Part shown: piece by piece, positions 24,778 to 37,907 of the stretch
How the letters are laid out: each line of letters opens with the position of its first letter
Position numbering within the stretch: the first letter of the stretch is position 1
Assembly (NCBI GenBank): GCA_021613535.1
Contig: CP075492.1
Coordinates: forward strand, 9,424,001 to 9,488,000
DNA length: 64,000 nt
Reading direction: 5' to 3'
From: Adineta vaga
Taxonomy: Eukaryota; Animalia; Rotifera
Program-made: the position numbers and the translations under genes
The notes under the pieces: model-generated
Told to the model about the DNA's origin: nothing
Seen by the model: only the letters and a program-made list of their open reading frames with translations
Database searches by the model: none

Positions 24778-26460
24778 TCATCTGATTAAATTTCGAACAA
24801 AAAAAACATCAGAAGAAAGTTGTTCAAGTAAATCCAATTGTTTTTCATCGTCAATATCGTTTTGATTGATCAATAGCACCAATTGTAAACGAACAAATGT
24901 ATCCAATAAATTCATTTCTTCATCGGTTAATCGTACAAGTTCTTCATAAGCTTTAACAATTTCTTTGACTTTATCAACAAATAAATCAATATCAGTTAAA
25001 AATATCGATGTTAAGTCCATTAGATAGGATGATTGTTGATTTGTCATCCATTGAAGACCGGTTTCTAATTGTTCAGATATTTGCTGTTGACATGTAAATA
25101 GATTCGATAGAAGAAATGGAAAACTATTCTTCTTTTTTTCAAGTATAGATGCATATTGTTCATTGAACCAATGTTTATCGAGAGAATTAGTTGAAGAAGT
25201 CTTTGTAGCTAAACGCCATTGAGCTAAGAAACGAGCAATTTGATGATTTGATGAAAGATCATTATGATTAATAACAACGATATTAAATTGATTAATAGAT
25301 TCATTAAGAATTGTTGAAGTTAGTTGAAATGAAGAAAAAATAGATTGTAATTGTTCACGAGTGATGGACATTTGTGGAATTAATTTCATGATATATTTCT
25401 TTTCTGAAATAACGGAATACATTGTTGAATTGATTTTTTCTAGAGAGGAAATTTTTGTTTGATATGTTGATTCAAATAATTCCTTCAATTGTTCTTCGTG
25501 ATTCGACGATATTTCAATTTCCATTTTTTCCTATAAAAAAAACAAACATGAAATCATTATTCTAATTAAGAATTATTTGATATATGTTACCATTGTTCGT
25601 GAATTCACTTCATTGGCAATATGTTCAAATCTTCCAACTGATATTCCAGTAAAACGTTTACCAATACGAATAATTCGTTCATACAAATCTTTATTTTCTT
25701 CATAGAATTTTTCGTTCGTTCCCGTTAATTCTCGGAATGTTACAGCTATTCGTCTATCTTGTATATGTTGTCCTTGTATTGCATGTTTATATTCATATCT
25801 TGCATCACCATAAAGTACAATCATCCATCGACGTGGTAGTGGAATATAAATAATCTTTTTCGAATCTTTTTCATTAGGTATTAATGAAAGAATTGTATTT
25901 GAAAGTAGATTAATTGTTATTAAACGTTCACCCCAAATCCACGTATCATCAATATGTGGATCAATATGTGATCCACGTTCAGATGAATAATCTAAATTAC
26001 ATAATTCAACCGATTGAAAATCATTTAATACACGATGTGTTTGTAAACGTTGAAGAATTGATTTGGAATACATGGGCATACCAGTGAAGTATTTCGTTTT
26101 AATTGTTTGTTTTTTAAAATTTATTTTTATACCAAAATCTTGTTTTAGACGACCGGATTGAGATGAAATCCAAATATCCTTATCGATTGAATCGATAAGA
26201 TTTTGTTCTTCAATTTCATTGAGAAAATCCGAAGCAAGATAAATGCCATCTAATGGAAATGCAATTGCATCATTTCCAATATCGTCATGATGCGGACATT
26301 GAGATTTTAATTCATAAATATCCATACGAATTGCTTGCCGACATGCATCACAATAAATGTAGACAATATGTGATTGAAAATCATTAGTGTTATGATCTTT
26401 TTGTAGTTTACATGTATTACAGGAACGAATACCTTTACATGCACATGTAGAAGCGTACAT
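24778..26460 (-). CDS. ALKBH4: ALKBH4-like Fe(II)/2OG dioxygenase with a spliced C-terminal APH/homoserine-kinase-like remnant domain (intron 25531-25590)
   Basis: CACKGIRSCNTC, SQSGRLKQDFG, CNLDYSSERGSHIDPHIDDTWIWGERL, YEYKHAI and RIAVTFRE. A phase-0 60-bp GTAAC..ATAG intron joins NSRTM to EKMEIEIS (ORF 24778-25524). Confidence 0.85.
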
Positions 26461-26944
26461 TTTTGAAGAAATAACTGAATGAATGATGAAGAAATACTAT
26501 GTATGATGGTATACAGAGGGCGCCATTGGTAAAAATCCACTATGAACGATTAATTTTTTTCTTAATAAGCATAAAGAAAATCTTGGTAAAATTTTATTAG
26601 TTTATGAAAAGAAGATTATTATTGATAGATGCTAAACGATAGGTAACAATGGTAGAATTCAACCAATAGAACATTTGTTCTTAGTTCTTCGTTACATATC
26701 ATAAATTATCAATATCATGGTCGGTAGAATTGAAATATTTTTCTAAAAATTACATGATGTACTGTGTAATTATATTTACTGTTTTGAATAATGTGATCCG
26801 ATGTAAACTCAATCGGATAACAAAAGTTTTGCATTCATAGTATTTTCAATTGATAAAATCTTCGTTCTCCGTTCGTTTCTTTTTGAATAATTCATCTTTT
26901 GTTTTTATTCTAGAAAGGAATTTTCGATTGCTTTTTATAAAACA
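26461..26944. promoter_or_regulatory. Probable bidirectional promoter between ALKBH4 and RSRC2
   Basis: Head-to-head arrangement with 484 bp between the start codons. Confidence 0.4.
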
Positions 26945-28811
26945 ATGGCCGATAACAAGTAAAAAAAACAAAACTGTCGATTTTATCGTTCGAAACTATA
27001 TCGTTTTCTTTTGTAGAACGGATGAATTAATAACAACGGATGAGAAACCAACATCTACAACAAAATCTCATGTAAGCTTAACGTTTTATTTATCTAGTTT
27101 AGAAGCTTTGTTTTCTTTTCATTCTGTTTGTTTTGTTTTGTTTTCTTGTTCATTAAATTTCAACTAATCTCTCATTTTCTTATCCGAAAGAAAGTTCCAC
27201 ATGGTTCTACTTCTCATCGATCGGAATCAATGTAATGACGATTATCTCCAATGTGAAACTAGATTGTAAGTTAGAAAATCAAAGAAAATTTTTCTTTTAT
27301 TTCGGTAGGTAGTAAAATATTTGTTCGTAGGAAAATGGGAATTTATTTTTTGAGATAGATGATGACATATTTTTTGGATTTTTCTTTCAGGAAAAACATA
27401 CTGGTGATAAATCACATCACCGAAAACGACATGATCGATCTCGATCATCATCAGTCAAACGTCATCGACATAAACGATCACATTCGAGATCAAGATCTCG
27501 ACATCATCGACAAAAACGATATCGACATAGTCGATCACGTTCGCCACGACGTAAAAGATCACGATCACGATCACGATCCAGAAAACGTTCGCCTCGAAGA
27601 CGTCCTAGTCCTAGTAAATACTTCAGTTTTATTTGCATAATAATCAAATCCATTCATTTTTTCCAGTACGAAATCGAATTGTTCATGTAGAATCACGCGT
27701 CACAGAAGATGATAGAAAACGTATACAACAAGAAGCACTACAAAAATTGAAAGATATGGCAGGTAAATTATTCCTTTTGTTTTGTTTATACTCTATAAAT
27801 TCTTGTGGAATGTCTTTTTTCTTTATTCAAGCTAATAATACATTGGATTTGTCACAATTAACCATCGATGATTTGAAGAAAACAATTGATGTACCAAAAG
27901 AAATGCGATCAAATCAAGCGATAACTATTGCATATCAAATGGAAGAAATTCGAAAATTAGTAAGTTGAATCGAATGTTAATTAACTTTATCTAAATTTCA
28001 ATAACAAAATAGTAACAGGGTACAATAAGAGATACTCTTGTTAAGAAATATTTCACATATACATATCGATCGTATTGTACGTTTGGCTGTTGTTACATAG
28101 TATTCTTGTTAGTAAAACAGATGCCTATCGAGAGAAGGTTAGTCAATCGAAGACTTCTTTTTGTACTCTAAGGTCATTTCATAATGTTTTGCGGTTTGAA
28201 ATAAATGAGGCAAGAGATAGATTCCAACTGGAAAATACACAAAACTATCGGATTACCCATATCGATCTCTTGCATTAATCATCAAGTAAAGATAGATAAA
28301 TAAACTCGCTAGAACCATGCTTAATTCATCTGAATACAAACATAATTGATTGATTGATTGATTTAGATTGAAGAATTAAGTGGTATAACGATTCCAAAAA
28401 TATACAATACCGGCGCTGTTAATCCACTTCAATATGCTCAACAACAACGTAAACGAAAATTATTATGGTCAAAAACTAATGATAATGTAGAACAGATCAT
28501 TTCTCTACTGATATCGAATTAATCTTATTTCCTTCTAGACATCGACTAGTAAAGTGGGTGCAGCAATAACAAATGGACAAAATGAAAAAGATGCAGAAAA
28601 ATATCGAAAATTATTAGGAATGAAATCAGGTGGTAATTCAGTAAATGATACGACAGAATCTGATGCAATTCATCAACAACAACAAGATACATTTGATTCA
28701 CTTGACAAAGAATATCAAACAGCTCGAATAACAACACATTTACGACGTGGTGTTGGACTTGGATTTCTTTCTCAAGGACCTTTTATACCTTCATCATCAG
28801 ACAAAACTTAA
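26945..28811 (+). CDS. RSRC2: Arginine/serine-rich coiled-coil protein 2 (RS domain + SMAP domain), multi-exon
   Basis: RS/RH-rich exon at about 27391-27613, GITIPKIYNTGAVNPLQYAQQQRKRKLLWSK, and the C-terminal KYRKLLGMK...FDSLDKEYQTARITTHLRRGVGLGF. Confidence 0.88.
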
Positions 28812-29172
28812 ATATTGTACATACACATATATTCTCTTGTCTCTCTCTCTCTCTTTCTCTTTGATAATCATACGAAAAAAAAACAAAAACAAAATTATAT
28901 CCAACAAAAACTTCATATTTTCATTAAGTTCTTCGACTGACTTGTTTATCTAATATGATTAGATTTTATTTGCATGCATGATAATAGGTTTATAGAATTA
29001 CTACTGAAACAATCATGTAGTATGAATGCAATCACTAATATTTTGTGGAAGGTCGTTTTGATTTAATTTCTAATCAATTCTATGACATCGTTTTGAATAC
29101 TTTCGAAAAAGAAAATTCGCTATCTATATCACGCACAGATATCTTTGACATTAATCTCTTAAAATTCTAGAT

Positions 29173-29910
29173 ATGGATTCATTACCAAAAAGTATCAAAG
29201 GTTTAATTGGTCCATCAATTCTCAATGCAGATCTATCAGCATTAGCTGATGAAAGTCGTCGTCTTCTTCATGCCGGTGCTGACTACCTTCATCTTGATGT
29301 AATGGATGGTCATTTCGTTCCGAATTTAACGATTGGTCATCCAGTTATCAAATGTCTTCGAAAAAATATTCCAAAAGTTTATTTTGATGCACATATGATG
29401 GTTTCAAAACCCGAACAATGGATTGAAGAAATGGCTGGTGCTGGTGTTAATCAATATACATTTCATATTGAATCTACAACAGCTGAAAACATTCCAGAGA
29501 TAATACGGAAAATCAAAGAAGCGGACATGAAAGTTGGATTAGGTATTAAACCTAAAACTGATATTACGGTTGTGAAGGAATATATCAATGATATTGATGT
29601 TGTTTTAATAATGACTGTTGAACCAGGTTTTGGTGGACAAAAATTTATGGGAGATATGATGGAAAAAGTTCGTTGGTTAAGAAAAAATTATCCACAATTA
29701 CATCATATCGAAGTTGATGGTGGTGTAAATATGAAAACAATTGAAGATTGTGCACAAGCTGGTGCAAATATGATTGTTTCTGGTTCTGCAATTGTTGAAA
29801 GTAAACAACCAGATAAAGACATGGAACAAATGAGAAATTTAATTGATGAAAGTTTAAAAAGTAAAAAATTACATATTCAAGTCACAAATGATGAACATTG
29901 TTCACATTAA
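29173..29910 (+). CDS. RPE: Ribulose-phosphate 3-epimerase, intronless
   Basis: IGPSILNADL, HLDVMDGHFVPNLTIG, DAHMMV, MTVEPGFGGQKF, EVDGG and AGANMIVSGSA. Confidence 0.97.
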   Translation: MDSLPKSIKGLIGPSILNADLSALADESRRLLHAGADYLHLDVMDGHFVPNLTIGHPVIKCLRKNIPKVYFDAHMMVSKPEQWIEEMAGAGVNQYTFHIESTTAENIPEIIRKIKEADMKVGLGIKPKTDITVVKEYINDIDVVLIMTVEPGFGGQKFMGDMMEKVRWLRKNYPQLHHIEVDGGVNMKTIEDCAQAGANMIVSGSAIVESKQPDKDMEQMRNLIDESLKSKKLHIQVTNDEHCSH

Positions 29911-32900
29911 ATTTTTATCATTCGATTGATTTTAATATCAACTAAATATAGTTTTACCATAGTAGACTAATTTTCTTTTCTTTTTAATGACGAAAGTATT
30001 TGCAATATATCTACATACTGAAACAAATCGATTCTACTTGATTAATTATCATTTATTTACGATAAACAAGTTAGTCGATTGAGTAGATTTTTTCTATGAT
30101 ATATTAGATGGTAAAACAAGAGAAAAATTGCTCATACAATCAGTATGCACGAAACTAATTAGATTATTCATTCTCTTTTTAATTTTACTCGATGGCCTTA
30201 GCGTGTTTCTTGTTTAAATGTATTCTTTTCAGTTCTATTCATGCATTTTCTTTCTCTTCCATTGTCATACAAGACATACACACAAAAAAGAATCAGAATG
30301 CGGAAGAAATAGATGATGATCATGTCATTAATTTTGTTTGTAATCTTTTGAATTCATCTACATGAATATCATAATAGACTGTTTTACTTGAAAATCTTCT
30401 GCATCATTGATTTATCTTTTGTTAAAATACGAATGTATAAATATTAGAGTTGAATGAAGAACAAACGGATTCTTGTAACCGATAATATGAAGATATATAG
30501 TCCATTATGATCTTCTTTTTGCAATCAGCTGTCAAATCAACATATTGTATTGCTGACGTTGTTGAAACGATGCATATCATCGACATACATCATTTTCAAC
30601 TAGAAAAAGTCCCTTGATTATTCTGAGTTATTTCGAAGGGAAAGAGCAAGAAACAACTCAATTGATATGCATTCATTGGATTTCATTTAACTCGTTTTAT
30701 GGTCGACAAACATGTTTTTCGAATATTTATGCACGACACAACAATATAATCGCAAACTCCTAAGAAGAAGAAAAAAAGAAGCAACACAACATGAAGCCAG
30801 AAAAACATGAGATACGATTACATTACAATATCTAGAACTGTGATGGCGACAAGAAATAACTATTGTTATGCATATATGTAAACATCAAAATCATTATTTT
30901 TTTCTATGTATATACATATCGACACATATACATCGATGTTTTCGCTATTAATATTAAAAAAAAAGTAATAGCAAAGAGATTATATTTCGTTGGCATATCA
31001 GAAAACTATTGACACAAAGAAATAATCAATCGAACGTGTGTGTTATGTTTGCAATCGAAGCGGTTTGAGTACAAAAGACATATGTATAGAAAGAGACAAG
31101 AGTTATGAGAAAAGAAAAAATAAATTCGATTCATTTTCTCTCCTCTCTCCTTCGTCTTACTTTCTGTGCAACATCCAACAGTAAAATAACCTTCTCAATG
31201 TACGAAAAAAGAATAGAAAACAGTAACTAGGTAGGACTGTTTTTGTTATTTTTAGTTGTCTACTATCAGCACGAACAAATTAAGGTAGAGCTTATGCAAA
31301 TTGAGAAGCTTATTAGAATATAACTTGATGACATTTCAATCATTGTTGTTGTTGTTGTTATTATTCGCTGTGTACTATTGCTGTTAAAAACACTAGGCAC
31401 AATAATTACATTGAGACTGACAAGAGAATATTTCTTCCAGCTGAAATTTATGTTGCTGATTTTTTTGCACATTTATTCTTTTCGAAAATCTACTCTTAAT
31501 GATAGAAACCATCAGAAAAAAATCTTTATTATTGTTCTCGATTTTCTACTGAGTAATTTGCTTGCAAGTATTAATAGAAAAGAAATACACATTAGAACAT
31601 GGCAAACATCTGTCGATGTCGTTTCTTGATATAGAATCAATTCTTTCCTCTTTTTTTTCTCTTCACCTAAAGCAACATAAGAAAAAAACACAAATACGAT
31701 TAAGATATAAATATACACACACAAGTATAAACTAGCTTTCACCAGGTATCTCATTTAACCGACTTCTATTCGTGTCAATAATAAATAATAAATTAATCAG
31801 CAATTGGAGTTTTTTTTTGCACTCTCTGTCTCTCTTCGTTTCTATATATATTTATTCTATTCCGTCGTCTTCGTCGTCAAACAACATATACTATCGATTA
31901 GAAAAGAAATCCATGTGGTAGAATATATAAAATAAAACAAGCTCTTTGACTTGGCTTCACCCGAATGTTTGCTATATCTTTTGTTATTATTGACATTAGA
32001 AAAGGGTAAAAAAAGTTCGTACTTCATGACATTAGTTAGATAGAGTAAAGAAATTTGATCATTGATAACAAGCAAATGTTCTTCTGAAAAAAAAAGAGAA
32101 ATTTCTTATAAATAATCTTTTCATCAGACGATTTCGATTAGAATCTAAATAAGGAAAAAAGCCTATGAAAGAATAATGATAATAATCAGCAAATGTAAGC
32201 AAACGGAAATCCTCGATCGTTCGTTTTTTTTCTTCTTTCTCATCAGGCAATGCTATTAATATAGAGTAAATGAGAAGTTCAACTTGATTCTTTTCTTCTG
32301 TCATACAATCTAGACCAGGGTACAAAAGATACCCAGCTGATCGGCCAAAGGAGCACATTTTGCGTTCTTTTTCTCGAACTACTTCTTCTTCTCTCTCTCT
32401 CTCTCTTTCTTTTTTGTGATACTGATGATAGCTCGAGGGGACGACATACATAAATTATATGGCTGACATGAGCCCGTTCTCTTGCTTGTTTATCGTCGAA
32501 TGCTCGCGAAGGTTGATTCTTCACCATCGGCCCAACTGTTCCGGGCAAACAAGAAAGAGAGGGGAGAGAGAAAACGAGAGAATGGGGCAAAAAAACAGCT
32601 GAGAATGCATATAAATAAAGAAAAAGAAACCCATATGATAGTTCGGGTAAGAGGAAAAAAGAGAAATAAGAGAGCACCATACGAGTCCTGTGTTGTCTTC
32701 TTGTTGTCAGCGGTGGTAGTTGTATATATATATATATATGTTCACGATAGGAGAGCGACATTGACAGGGATAAACCTAAAGAAATAACTATCTATCTCTG
32801 TACATCAAGACGATTGCTTAAAAAAAAAGGTAACTAATTGTCGTCTTTCATAGTGATGACAGATATTCAATATAAATAATAGTAGCAGGAAAAAAACTCC

Positions 32901-33100
32901 GAAGTAGACATATATGTGAAACATGTGTAGCATATCAATATATTATTAACATTCATTATATCTTATAATTGACAATCGGTTAATAAATGTGTGAATATGA
33001 ATGGTTGTTATTAATAACCAATCGGCAACGTCCAAACACATGTTCATCAAAAAAAGTATCTATGAGCCATGTATATATATATGTATTCGTTATTTTAGAT

Positions 33101-35066
33101 ATGAATTACGGGCCAAGTGGAGCCTATAACACCCCAACAAACAATGGATTGAGTTCAGGTAGTGATTATTATCCTATATATCATCCTCATTATCAACCTT
33201 CTACCAAAACCTATTCAAATGGATCATATGATTCCTTGAAAATCAATAATTACAATCGATTTGATGATCAAGAAGATGAACCACAACAAGAGCAACAACA
33301 ACAACAACAACAACAACAACAAATCGAAAATGATTATAATATAAATGACCCTAATAGGCCAAAATTACTTATGTGGGGTCTTACAAAGTACATAGTTTGA
33401 ATAAATAAAATGTCATTTTGAATTCGAAAATGTTTTCTTATTAGAAGTGGCAAAACATCGGTATTAAAATTAATTTTTGAGAAAATGGCTGCCGGTGAAA
33501 CCTTACAACTTCCAGAAACTAAAATGGTTCAAATTCATGGTAAGAAAAACATTCATTAAAAGCGATAAAATCTTCTTTATTTTTTTCAGAACTTACATGT
33601 GGTGTTCATATTCGATTTCAAATTCGTGATGTACCTGGTCCAAAAACTGCATCAGCAAGTGATTTTGAAAACTATGCACTTGAATCAACGACTATAGTTT
33701 TTATTCTTGATGTGACTGTATGTACTTGAAATTGAAATGAATTTTATTAATGAATCGTTGAATTTATAGGAAGATTATACAGAAGCAATTAATTTACTAA
33801 TTAGTTCAGTGCAATGGATGTATAAAAATGGTCATAATGTACGATTTGAAGTATTAATTCATAAAGTAAAACGAAACAAAAAAAGTTTTGATTTCAGAAA
33901 AATGAAGTTACTTTACTTGTTTTCTTGTAGGTTGATGGTGTTCAGGAACAAGATCGTTTGGAAAGGTATTCATCCATACAGCAACAAGTAAATGTGATGT
34001 TAAAAGAATGTTCAATTAGAGAACCTGTTATAAAGTAAAAAGATACTTTCGATGATTAGTTTCTTTTTTGACATTGAAATATTTTTGGGTACATCTAGTT
34101 TCTATCTAACAAGTATTTATGATCATTCAATTCATGAAGCATTTAGTAAGATAGTGCAAAATCAAATGAGACAATTACGTGATTTGGAAAATATGCTGGA
34201 TTTAGTGACAGCGGTATGTTTCTTAATGAATGGAAAGACTATAGAACATTTTAATTTTAGAGTACGCAATTGGACAAGATCTTTGTGTGTGATATTTATA
34301 ATAAGATATTTCTTGCATCCGACACCAGACCGGTGGAAACTCAACTCTCCGAATTGTGTTGTGATGTTGTAGATGTTTATACAGACATTTCATCTATCTA
34401 TGGGTAAGATTTTATATCACTGAAATCTTTTGGTAAAAGAGAGAATGGAAAGTATCATTTCATCGAATATATAGACACTTAAGAGAATAGATATATTTAT
34501 ATTTACATCTTTTTTTCCTATCTAAGCAATCAATAATATGTCCTTTATGATTTCGGAAGTTCAACGAATAGTTCCTTATGTATTCATTCTATACTGAATC
34601 CTTTCGAGAGTTTCAAGCAATATCAATAAGTTGATGAAAAGTGGAAAGACAGTTTCAGTATAGATTAAGTCTCTAGACAATTGATTCATATAAGACATAA
34701 ACAATTTTCAAGGTTAAAACAAGGTTCTTGTCTATTTGTTTTTTTTTTCGTATACAATTACCTTAAAAATTTGATTTTCTTTTATAGAACAAATAGTAGC
34801 CCGGTGCTTGATTCAATGTCGTTTTGCACCATTGAACTTTCAATTGGTCTTGTACTTTATTTAAAAGATATTAATCCAACTACTGCACTTATATGTATAT
34901 TAAAAAAAGAATCAAAAATAAATGAAGGTAAAATATAATCCATTGATTTCGTGTTGTTTTCTAAAAAATTTCATTCGTTTGATTTTTAGCTTTAATGGAA
35001 GTTAATTTGAATATTTTGAAGAAAGAAATTCAAGATTTATTTCTTAATAATTCATCTCGACAATAA
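33101..35066 (+). CDS. Rag GTPase, divergent RagC/D (Gtr2)-like, multi-exon
   Basis: [16 protein letters not shown]-loop, [10 protein letters not shown] (G4), [19 protein letters not shown] (G5) and ELCCDVVDV. Poly-Q (CAA)n near 33294-33320. Confidence 0.88.
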
Positions 35067-37907
35067 TAACATTCATCACTAACATACATCAATCGAATGA
35101 TTGGAAAAATGTTGTTCGTATTTCTACTTTGTTTTGTTTTAAATATGTCTAATGTGCATTTTCTTTCCTTCTTGTTAATTGTTCAAGTGAAATCATCAGA
35201 GATTGAAGTCAAATACAGTTTTAGTCAACAGATAGACGTTTTTTAAATAGATATGTATGAATTCTATCACTATACATATATATATATATATATATTATTT
35301 CCGCCCTATATGAGTATATAACATACGCATATCATTGTCATCGAAAGAAAAACAAATCAACTAATTCGAAAAATAATAGTTAGCTTATTTATTTTATATC
35401 TTCATTAATGTTGTTTTCTTTTTGTTGTATTTTCTAGTCTATATCTAGATCAATTTTTATGTCATTACTAATATAGGATAAGAGACTACGAGAGAGAGAG
35501 AAAAATAAAGTGTTGTTTAGATTAGTTGTTTTCTTTTTCTATGATGCTAATTTTCCGACCGTTTCTTTCTTTTTTTCTTCTATGCGTGCATATATATATA
35601 GGAAACAGAAAGTGAGAAAAAGTGCTGAGTTATACAAAACAGTTGCAGATACTTTATTCGGGATGTGTATGAACGTGTGTATATACGGAATGGTTTTTTC
35701 TCTTGTGTAATGCACTCGACTTTCTTATTCACATTTCGATACATCTTTGTTTTTTTTTCTTCTTCTCATCCATATATATACTCTCAATTAGCCTTTCTTT
35801 TTTTTTTAATCTTCTTCTTTGTCTCAAAAGAATGACTCTATTTTTATATTAATACTACTACTACTACTATTACTATTGCGTTTTATTGTTCTTAATTAAT
35901 ATTGTCGTTATGTATGTGTGTGCGTGTGTATGTAGGAACTGAAACGATAGAAAAATGTTTGACGAAGATATACTTTGTTCGAAAAAAGTGGTTGGAAGCT
36001 TGAATTTAAAAAATAAAATGAAATTTTTTTTTCTAAATATTTGGACAAAAATGCTGATTCAAAAAAAAGACACATGTTATTGATGCATACAAATGAATTG
36101 AATGTATTAGAATTCATAAATCTTGAAAAGGAAATGTTTTGTTTTATGATCACATCACGAATTTTATTCAGTTTTGTAACTTCGCATGTCTTTCAATTGC
36201 GATTATGAAAAGATAAAATTCGTCCTTTTGTTTCTATTTTGTTTATGATGCACAGTAAAGAAAGCAGATATCATCTCTAATGTTATGAAAATATCTTGGT
36301 CAAATAATCCGAGATAATGAATGTACCCAGATAATAGGTGAATCTACCATTGCGAGGTAACTAATACAAAAAAAAATAATGAGTAGATAAAGAACACTCG
36401 ATGAAAGCGGAGTGTTGAAAGAAAAATTCTTATTTTTCATCTAAACAAAAAAATTAACGTTTCTTTTGAAAGAAAATTTATGTTTTCTCTATTGCTTTTT
36501 CTACCATTGTCTTTGAATAAGAGAATTCAAATAAATACGAAATAGAAAAAAAAGAGCGACGCATGTTCATAAATTAAAATAATATCCCAATCGGGAAATA
36601 AGAAAGAATACGTCATTCTAAATTATGTACATGTAAATTGATAGAAGTAGGAACATAAAACGACGGAGTTCGAGGTGAATATTTATTCAGCCCATTTCTT
36701 TTCTCTCCTTTCTTATCGATCCAAAGTGTCAACGAGTATTAGACTTTAATACTTCGTCAAGTTTTGTTTTTCATTATGAATATTATGTGATTGTTGATTT
36801 ATATGCAAAAAAAATAAGAATATTTGCGTGTTTATGTGATGTATTGAATTTTGTTCTTTCTCTTTCCTAAGAAATTCAATGAGAAAATCCAATCATTAGT
36901 AATTAAACGAAAATAATCGATTTTGTTTTTCTCTGTCTCGCGAGCGCGCGCGTTGCTGTACTACTAAAAAAAGAAGAAATAATGACAACAAACACACACA
37001 ATTACAAATACGTGCTTGGCCTTGAGAGAACATATTATTCTAACATCAAAGTACTCTAATGGGCTAGATATAACATGTACGACAACGAGCAGATGGTAGA
37101 AAAGTCTCGTATTTATAGAAAGAAATCTTTCTAATAAATGTTAAATGAAATGATACACAATCAATGTATATCTAAGATTTCAGGAAAAACAATTAGAATT
37201 AGGAGATTCTTTCTATTATCTTGTTTTGTACTCAAAGAGCATAGTTTTGAAATATATTTAAATAGTATTAGATGCAAACAATACACTGTTATTTTGTTCT
37301 ATTCTTGTAATATTATCACATCATAGTCATATTTATTTCCACTTGTTCTTCAAAGGTGTTTTGGGTGTATATATTCGAATGCGAAATAAATAAGAGATTA
37401 CAGAAGAGTGCAGACTGAAATATGTGGCTTCTGCACTTTACATACGAATATTATATGAAAGAGAATATACATCTGTATATTTCAGTTCAATGCGTGTATT
37501 TATTTCTATTTCGCAAAGTGTTGCATTTTTGAATTTAAATATCAGTTACCCTCGTTCTATTTCTTTCTCTTTTCATTTTCTACAAAAGTAAAACAGCTGA
37601 CAAACCAGTAAGTAGAGAATGTTGGCTAATGTTTTTGCCTTTTTTTCACACATGCAAACCCACACACATTCGCTCTCTTTTCTCCCTCTTTTTCCTCCTT
37701 CTTTTACTTCACATTTGACGTATATATGCTGTAAATAGAAAGAAGAGAAGAGAAAAAAAACATAGAATCGATGTATTTATAGAGTAACCAAACACAAACC
37801 AAGAACGAGAGAAGTACATTCATGCAAAACATATTTCTTTTTTTGAACTTTGATTCTACAGAAAAGAAGAACTTTTTCAATTGTACTTTTTGTTTTTTTT
37901 GTTAAAG

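Noticed and set aside
29173-29910. Intronless RPE as a horizontal-transfer candidate
   Set aside because: The sequence looks eukaryotic (IGPSILNADL, FDAHMMVSKPEQW, GANMIVSGSA); lack of introns alone is not evidence.
30000-33000. Several 60-160 aa ORFs upstream of the Rag gene
   Set aside because: Low-complexity F/L/K/R-rich translations of microsatellite and poly-A/T DNA; most likely regulatory or UTR sequence.
36939-36953. CG-rich near-palindrome cgcgagcgcgcgcg in AT-rich DNA
   Set aside because: Too short and isolated to assign a function, although it could be a promoter element of the eIF2beta-like gene.
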